From an uncultured Pseudomonadota bacterium (GTDB lineage: Bacteria; SAR324; NAC60-12): a DNA stretch of 21,763 nucleotides. Position numbers and translations under genes: made by a program. This document shows positions 16,855 through 21,763 of the stretch, in pieces (the first letter of the stretch is position 1; every line of letters begins with the position of its first letter). The stretch lies in contig CAJWCD010000057.1 of NCBI GenBank assembly GCA_913020725.1, positions 1 through 21,763 of the forward strand. Reading direction: 5' to 3'. Under the pieces are notes generated by a model. That model worked only from the letters and a program-made list of their open reading frames with translations, was not told where the DNA came from and did not search any database.

Positions 16855-17277
16855 ATGGCCCTTTCCCGTGACGAATTCATCGACATCCTCACCATCGTCA
16901 ACTACCTTGCTCACTCCGACGGCGACATGCATCCTGCCGAGAAGAAGGTGCTGATTGCAACCTTCAAAGCCGGAGCGGTGACTCCAGAAGAGCAGGGCAG
17001 GATGAAGGGCAAGTCCTCACTGGAGGAGATGCTGCAAGAGATCCAAACCGATGATGCCAAGCAGACCCTGATCGACCTGCTCGCGCTCGTGGCCAGTTCC
17101 GACGGGAAGTTTGAGGAGGAGGAGCGCGTGGTGATGGTCAAAGTCATGAAGAAGCTGGGAATGAGTCCGGACGAGTACCGTTTCTTCAAGGATGGGCAGG
17201 ATTTGGACGTTCCTGCCGTGCGAGCCGCCGTCATGGAAATCCTCCGCGACCTCAAAACCCAAGTCACCTCCGGTTGA
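16855..17277 (+). CDS. TerB-like protein
   Basis: Two TerB-type motifs, LAHSDGDMHPAE and VASSDGKFEEEE; AGGA RBS-like sequence upstream; 140 aa. Confidence 0.85.
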   Translation: MALSRDEFIDILTIVNYLAHSDGDMHPAEKKVLIATFKAGAVTPEEQGRMKGKSSLEEMLQEIQTDDAKQTLIDLLALVASSDGKFEEEERVVMVKVMKKLGMSPDEYRFFKDGQDLDVPAVRAAVMEILRDLKTQVTSG

Positions 17278-17287
17278 CCAGACCCCA

Positions 17288-18514
17288 CTAACTGCTTTTC
17301 CGCGCTTGCTTACGAGGCTTCGGAGGCTTGCTCACAGCCTCCGAAGCGGGTTTCCCGCTTTCCGCCTTTTCCTGCTCAATCTGCTGATGCAGTGACCGCA
17401 TCACCGTGTGAATCAGTTCGACACTCGCCGTGTCAAACTGTTCGTTGTTCACAACATCAACTTCGTGCACGTTGCACCGGGTCACGCAGTAGTCGTGAAT
17501 CTTGCGGATTTGCCCATATTGTTTGAGGTAGCGCACTTCCGGACGGTTGGGGCTTTCCTGCGCTCGTGCGGCGAAGCGGGAGCGGTGTTCCTTAGGATTG
17601 AGCAAGGAAATCAGCACGGTCACGACATACGCTCCTTCCGGAGGAGACTGCTGGAATTCCAACAGCAACGGCAGCAGATGGACTCCCTCCAAAATGACAT
17701 TCTGCCGCTCCTTGATGGAGCGGCGGATGGTGGCCCGGATGCCCACGCCCACATGCTGCGCCTGTAACTGGTAGCCCGCCAGCACTTGCTCGCTGCTCAC
17801 GCTCCCCCGCAACTTGAGCAATTCTCCCACCTGTGAGGATGAGGTGTGCAGGGTCGGCAGCAGTTCCTCGGTGAACACCAGCCGCATGATCTCCCGGATC
17901 GTGTCCGTGCCGATCACCTTGTGGATGCCCAAACGGGTACCCAGTGTCGTGGCAAGGGCGGATTTTCCGATTCCGGTGCCACCACCGATGCAAATGATCA
18001 ACGGTTTCGGCAGTTTGTCCAGTTGGCTGGAAATCCGGTAAAGGACTGCGGTTTCTTCACCATAAACCCGCAACAATGTCTTCTGGACCCGTGCAAACAA
18101 CTCTGCCTTCGACACCACCTCCTGTTGCTTCTGGATCAGCCGGGATTCGATGCGCAACGCCATTTGGTAGGCTTTCTGCGGTGGAATGCCGGAAGCACTG
18201 ATGGAAAACGCAAGCAGTCCTTTGGAGAAGGGTGTGGTGTCTTTGCCTTGACCCACACGGATTTCAAAATCCTCGTGGTGCCACGAGGGTTTCAGTTGCT
18301 CGAAGACCGTGGCTCCAAAGTTCTGCCGAATGAGTTGATCGGCGGTTTCCACCAATTTTTGCACTGGAATCAGGGCGTTCTGGCGGAATTGCGCCCGGGT
18401 TTCGGTGGCAATCTGGTACGCCTGCTCAAAGGGCAGCCCGCGCTGGATGAGCTTGTGTGCGAGAATCCCCCGGACGTAGGGTTCCTTGGTGTTGTTGGGT
18501 TTAATTACCTTCAT
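17288..18514 (-). CDS. 2-phosphoglycerate kinase-like P-loop kinase with two ATP-cone domains
   Basis: Cone 1 PYVRGILAHKL..GLPFEQAYQIA; cone 2 PFSKGLLAFSISASGIPPQKAYQMA; kinase PLIICIGGGTGIGKS..LGTRLGI..VIGTDTIREIMR, PTLHTSS, ILEGVHL, HRSRF. ATG at 18514 preferred. Confidence 0.85.
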   Translation of the reverse strand: MKVIKPNNTKEPYVRGILAHKLIQRGLPFEQAYQIATETRAQFRQNALIPVQKLVETADQLIRQNFGATVFEQLKPSWHHEDFEIRVGQGKDTTPFSKGLLAFSISASGIPPQKAYQMALRIESRLIQKQQEVVSKAELFARVQKTLLRVYGEETAVLYRISSQLDKLPKPLIICIGGGTGIGKSALATTLGTRLGIHKVIGTDTIREIMRLVFTEELLPTLHTSSSQVGELLKLRGSVSSEQVLAGYQLQAQHVGVGIRATIRRSIKERQNVILEGVHLLPLLLEFQQSPPEGAYVVTVLISLLNPKEHRSRFAARAQESPNRPEVRYLKQYGQIRKIHDYCVTRCNVHEVDVVNNEQFDTASVELIHTVMRSLHQQIEQEKAESGKPASEAVSKPPKPRKQARKSS

Positions 18515-18525
18515 GGGTGAACTCT

Positions 18526-19848
18526 CTACGGCCAAGTGTGCTTGCCAGCCCACGCAGAGCATTCCCGCCGGTCGGCATCCACCGTGGCCCAATAACTCGC
18601 CCAAGCAGCGGAAGGTCCTACGGTGTCCACCGTCGGTGGCCCTTTGCTAACCATGGCGTCCGGGCGCGGAATTGCCTCGGGAATTCCCTGTCCATTGCCG
18701 ACGGCGTTGATCGCTTGCAGCAGCAGTTTGCGATTGGCGATGATCGCCTTGTCGGTGGTGCCCAACTGTTCGGTGGTGCGGTTCTGAATCGGCCCCGGAG
18801 ATTCGACTGCCCACTGGTCGTGAACATTGATGTCTCGGCCCATGCCGGTGTAGGTGAGTTCGCGCTGCTCTTTGGGATCGTAGCCGTAGCGGTTCGTTTT
18901 GTTGAGACGCGGCAGGTAGTCCGGCAGTGAGTAGAGTTCCAGACGCTGCTCCCGCATCGTGGCGTGGTCCACGGGGGTGTTAAAGGCGGTGAAGATCGCG
19001 TACCAGTAGCTGTGTGTGTCATCCACTGGAACATGCCACTGCGTGATGGTCATGTCGTTGCTCATAGGAATGACGATGGCCTGTGGAAACAGCAGGTTGG
19101 TCACCCGGATATGAGTTTGGGAGGCGTTGAGTTCACGCCGGGTGATGAGGCGTAGGCCGTAAGCAGTGCTTTCAACGTCAATCTGGGGCTTGGGAAATTT
19201 CCGCAGCACCTTCGTGATCGGAAGGGCCGCGCCACTGGTGTTGTCCCGGAACTGCTGCCCGTAGCCCTCCGCAGCGTCCTCATCCACGAAAAAACGATGC
19301 AGGAACGAAGCGTGGGCAGGGTCAATGCCAACCTCCACCGCCTGTAACCAATTGCACTCCAAGAAGCCCTTGAAGGCGAAGGTGAACTCGCCGGGAGCGC
19401 TGAAGCAATCAAGCTCCGGAAGTGGAGGTGGATCACCGACTCCGAGATAGGCGAAGACGATGCCGTTACGCTCTTCGCAGGGGTAGGCGGTGTGGCGGAT
19501 TTTTTCGTGAAAGACACTCCCGGAGGGTTCGGCGGGCTGCTCCAAACATTTGCCCTTGGCATCCAACAGCCAGCCATGAAACGGACAGCGCAAGCCGCCA
19601 GCTTCCAAGCGTCCATAGCACAGGTCAGTTCCACGATGCGGGCAGTGCCGTCCGATCAAACCGTAGTGTCCGGACTCGTCCCGGAACGCCACCAAGTCCT
19701 CGCCGAGCAAACGCACTGCCTTCACGGGGCGTTCGCCCTCCAGTTCCTCCGTCAGCACGGCTGGTTGCCAGTAACGGCGCAGTACCTGACCTCCGGACGT
19801 GCCCGCTCCAGTTTGCGTGATGAGCCTGTTCTGTTCCTCGTTCAGCAT
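18526..19848 (-). CDS. Rieske non-heme iron oxygenase alpha subunit (phthalate 4,5-dioxygenase/LigXa-like group)
   Basis: LRRYWQP; Rieske CPHRG...CPFHGW; mononuclear Fe site CNWLQAVEVGIDPAHASFLH; HDQWAVES; LGTTDKAI. Confidence 0.93.
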   Translation of the reverse strand: MLNEEQNRLITQTGAGTSGGQVLRRYWQPAVLTEELEGERPVKAVRLLGEDLVAFRDESGHYGLIGRHCPHRGTDLCYGRLEAGGLRCPFHGWLLDAKGKCLEQPAEPSGSVFHEKIRHTAYPCEERNGIVFAYLGVGDPPPLPELDCFSAPGEFTFAFKGFLECNWLQAVEVGIDPAHASFLHRFFVDEDAAEGYGQQFRDNTSGAALPITKVLRKFPKPQIDVESTAYGLRLITRRELNASQTHIRVTNLLFPQAIVIPMSNDMTITQWHVPVDDTHSYWYAIFTAFNTPVDHATMREQRLELYSLPDYLPRLNKTNRYGYDPKEQRELTYTGMGRDINVHDQWAVESPGPIQNRTTEQLGTTDKAIIANRKLLLQAINAVGNGQGIPEAIPRPDAMVSKGPPTVDTVGPSAAWASYWATVDADRRECSAWAGKHTWP

Positions 19849-19849
19849 C

Positions 19850-21328
19850 TTACTTCAAAAACCCCTGAGCCTGCGCCACGAAGGCCGTGTCTTCCGGATT
19901 CTGCCGGATCAGCGCCTGCAAGAATTGCTGGAAAGCTGCTTTATTTTCGTTTTCATAAACGAAAACATCAAGCAGGAAACTGCCGGTATTGTCTTTGTAC
20001 CAATCGGCCGGGGGGGGATAAGTCCTCCAATCCTTTATGGTGAACTGCAACCCCCCGTTTCTCTGTGCTCGGAAATCATTCCAAACACCCTCCCCAGCAT
20101 TCCTGCCGTGAAACTTAAAAAATTTTCGGTTTTCCCCGATACGCAGGGTGAGGTTGCGATTGGGTGGTTTGCCAATGCACTCGTGTCTTCGGCAAGTGGT
20201 CACTTTGCCAGAGGCAAGTATCAGCACCTGATCCCCCTGCCTGAGGGAGATTTCCGAGGCAGCCCATGGGTACCGGCTCGCATAAACCTTCACTCTCCGA
20301 TAGTGCTTGATGTGGAATCCCGGATCGTAGGGTGGCAGTTTCAGCGGGTCTTCGCACCCAAAGCTGAATAACCCGCAACTCACCGTGTCCTCACTGGCCT
20401 TGACGATGGCCTCATACTGACTCCTGTCCATGCCCCTGACTTGTTGGCTGAGGATCACATGGACCGTCTTGTTTTCTCCAGCACCAACCTTCACACGAGT
20501 TGAGTAGGGCTTGTAGCCCGCACGTCCCACCATGAGATTGTAGTTGCCGGGAGGCAGCTTGAACGCCTTGCCCGTTTTGGCTCGATAGCGGTCGTTCAGA
20601 AAAACCGACCCGACCACATTGGCCTCCACACGCAGGGTCGCCTTGCCAGATTTTTTGCCCCAGGCGGACAATCGGCTGCGAATGACGGCGACCTGATTTT
20701 TGGCACGGGGTTTGTTTTGGTACTTGTTGATGAACGCCTGATAACGGTCCTTGGAGGGGTTGTACTGGAGCGCGTTATACTCGCGCTTCATGCTTGATTC
20801 ATCAAAATTCGTGTTTGCTACTGCAACCTGTCTTGCTTTGCCGAGGGTGACGCGTGCGGTTTTCTTTTGTCCTGCAGAGAGGGTCACGCGAGTGGAATAA
20901 CTTTTGTAGCCCGCACGTCCCACCACGAGATTGTAGTTTCCGGGCTGGAGTTTGATTTCGCTTCCGGTCTTTCCCCTGTAGCGGTCGTTGAGATAAACGG
21001 AACCCCTGACGTTGGCCTCCACGCGCAGGGTGGTTTTTGCCGTGGTCCTTGTCCCACGCTTGAGGTTGGCGTAGATCGTCTTGGTTTCATTGACCCTGAC
21101 GGAAACCCGCGTCTCGTAGGGAGCGTAGCCATACCGGGAAACCCGCAACTGGTACTTTCCGGGCTTGAGCGTCAGAGGTTGCTTTCCAGTCTTTCCCTTG
21201 TACACGTCATCCATAAAAATCGAGCCGACGACGTTGGCCTTGATGGTCAGTAGTGAACGTTTCGTCTTGGCTTGGAGGGGGGCGGGTTTTTCCTGTCCAA
21301 CCGCCAGAGTGCGCCGGAGGCGCGCGAT
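19850..21328 (-). CDS. PEGA-repeat protein with a C-terminal PA-IL/LecA-like domain, 5'-truncated
   Basis: Three PEGA-like repeats (L[RT][VI][EK]ANV.GS[VI]..[ND]D.Y..KTG...L.PG.Y.L.V.R.GY..Y.TRV). The frame stays open 38 codons upstream of the ORF-track ATG (21214), and that ATG falls inside repeat 1. Confidence 0.8.
   Translation of the reverse strand: MARLRRTLAVGQEKPAPLQAKTKRSLLTIKANVVGSIFMDDVYKGKTGKQPLTLKPGKYQLRVSRYGYAPYETRVSVRVNETKTIYANLKRGTRTTAKTTLRVEANVRGSVYLNDRYRGKTGSEIKLQPGNYNLVVGRAGYKSYSTRVTLSAGQKKTARVTLGKARQVAVANTNFDESSMKREYNALQYNPSKDRYQAFINKYQNKPRAKNQVAVIRSRLSAWGKKSGKATLRVEANVVGSVFLNDRYRAKTGKAFKLPPGNYNLMVGRAGYKPYSTRVKVGAGENKTVHVILSQQVRGMDRSQYEAIVKASEDTVSCGLFSFGCEDPLKLPPYDPGFHIKHYRRVKVYASRYPWAASEISLRQGDQVLILASGKVTTCRRHECIGKPPNRNLTLRIGENRKFFKFHGRNAGEGVWNDFRAQRNGGLQFTIKDWRTYPPPADWYKDNTGSFLLDVFVYENENKAAFQQFLQALIRQNPEDTAFVAQAQGFLK
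20511..20944. repeat. Nucleotide-level direct repeat between PEGA repeats 2 and 3
   Basis: TTGTAGCCCGCACGTCCCACCA[T/C]GAGATTGTAGTT[G/T]CCGGG at 20511-20551 and 20904-20944 (39/41 identical). Confidence 0.85.
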
Positions 21329-21763
21329 CTTTCAGCCATGATTGCGATTCCGGGCGGGACCCATCAGAACCATGCTGGCAAGGAGGTTGAACTGGACCGC
21401 TTCTGGATAGATGCCCACGAGGTCACGATCGCTGAGTATGCGGAGTTTCTCAATGCGTTGGCCAGCCTGGAAGAAAGCATGCGCAGCGCCTACGATCACA
21501 TCACCCAACCGGCCATCAAACTGGATCACCTTCCGGATGACTGGCATTCGGTCCTGAGCACGGCGCGGGCCGGCAGGAATTACGACGGCCTGGACCTCGA
21601 TCTCAATATTCGCGTTTACCGCAGCTACTTAGGGAAAATCGATGCGCCGATTGTCGGCAGCCTTTATGTCCGCAACCCCGACACCGGCAAACGAAGTCGG
21701 GAACAGATTTTTTCGGGAAAAGAATTTACAATCGAGCGGATGCACGTTTCCCGGAAAGTCTGG
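21326..21763 (+). CDS. Partial ORF: N-terminal part of an FGE-sulfatase (SUMF1) domain followed by apparently unrelated coding sequence; likely chimeric
   Basis: (DLSA)MIAIPGG...EVELDRFWIDAHEVTIAEYAEFL is an FGE-domain start (ATG 21338). The frame is open to the window end, but the expected PV..V.W.DA motif does not follow LDLN. Confidence 0.6.

Noticed and set aside
21332..21547. 71-aa minus-strand ORF as the missing N-terminus of the PEGA protein (stop read-through)
   Set aside because: It is in frame with the PEGA gene but is the antisense of the FGE-domain fragment and has no signal peptide.
1..21763. CRISPR array, tRNA or rRNA
   Set aside because: No regularly spaced repeats or recognisable structural RNA genes were seen, and the intergenic spaces are short.

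Overview
Gene-dense bacterial window, mostly catabolic and accessory genes. The host cannot be assigned from sequence alone; the gene mix would fit a marine lineage. Left to right: an IclR regulator convergent with pta; a decayed ParD-like/ParE-like toxin-antitoxin pair that the ORF track misses; an Asp/Glu racemase and an FAD monooxygenase. Then comes a minus-strand run of a cobalamin-dependent catabolic (NpRdhA/BhbA-type) reductive dehalogenase, a TRAP transporter (dctPQM), an Fe-ADH and gentisate 1,2-dioxygenase. This run is a candidate aerobic haloaromatic uptake, dehalogenation and ring-cleavage module and is the main find. A 235-bp MITE-like element containing an inverted REP-like pair sits 9 bp upstream of the rdhA start. 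The right half holds a MATE pump, an outer-membrane barrel, a membrane protein with a basic tail, an HNH nuclease and a TerB-like protein. It also holds a tightly packed minus-strand trio: PEGA/lectin-like protein, Rieske oxygenase and a double-ATP-cone 2-phosphoglycerate-kinase-like protein. The last ~440 bp look like foreign fragments joined at GATC sites, probably a library or assembly chimera. All family calls come from motif recognition, not database searches.
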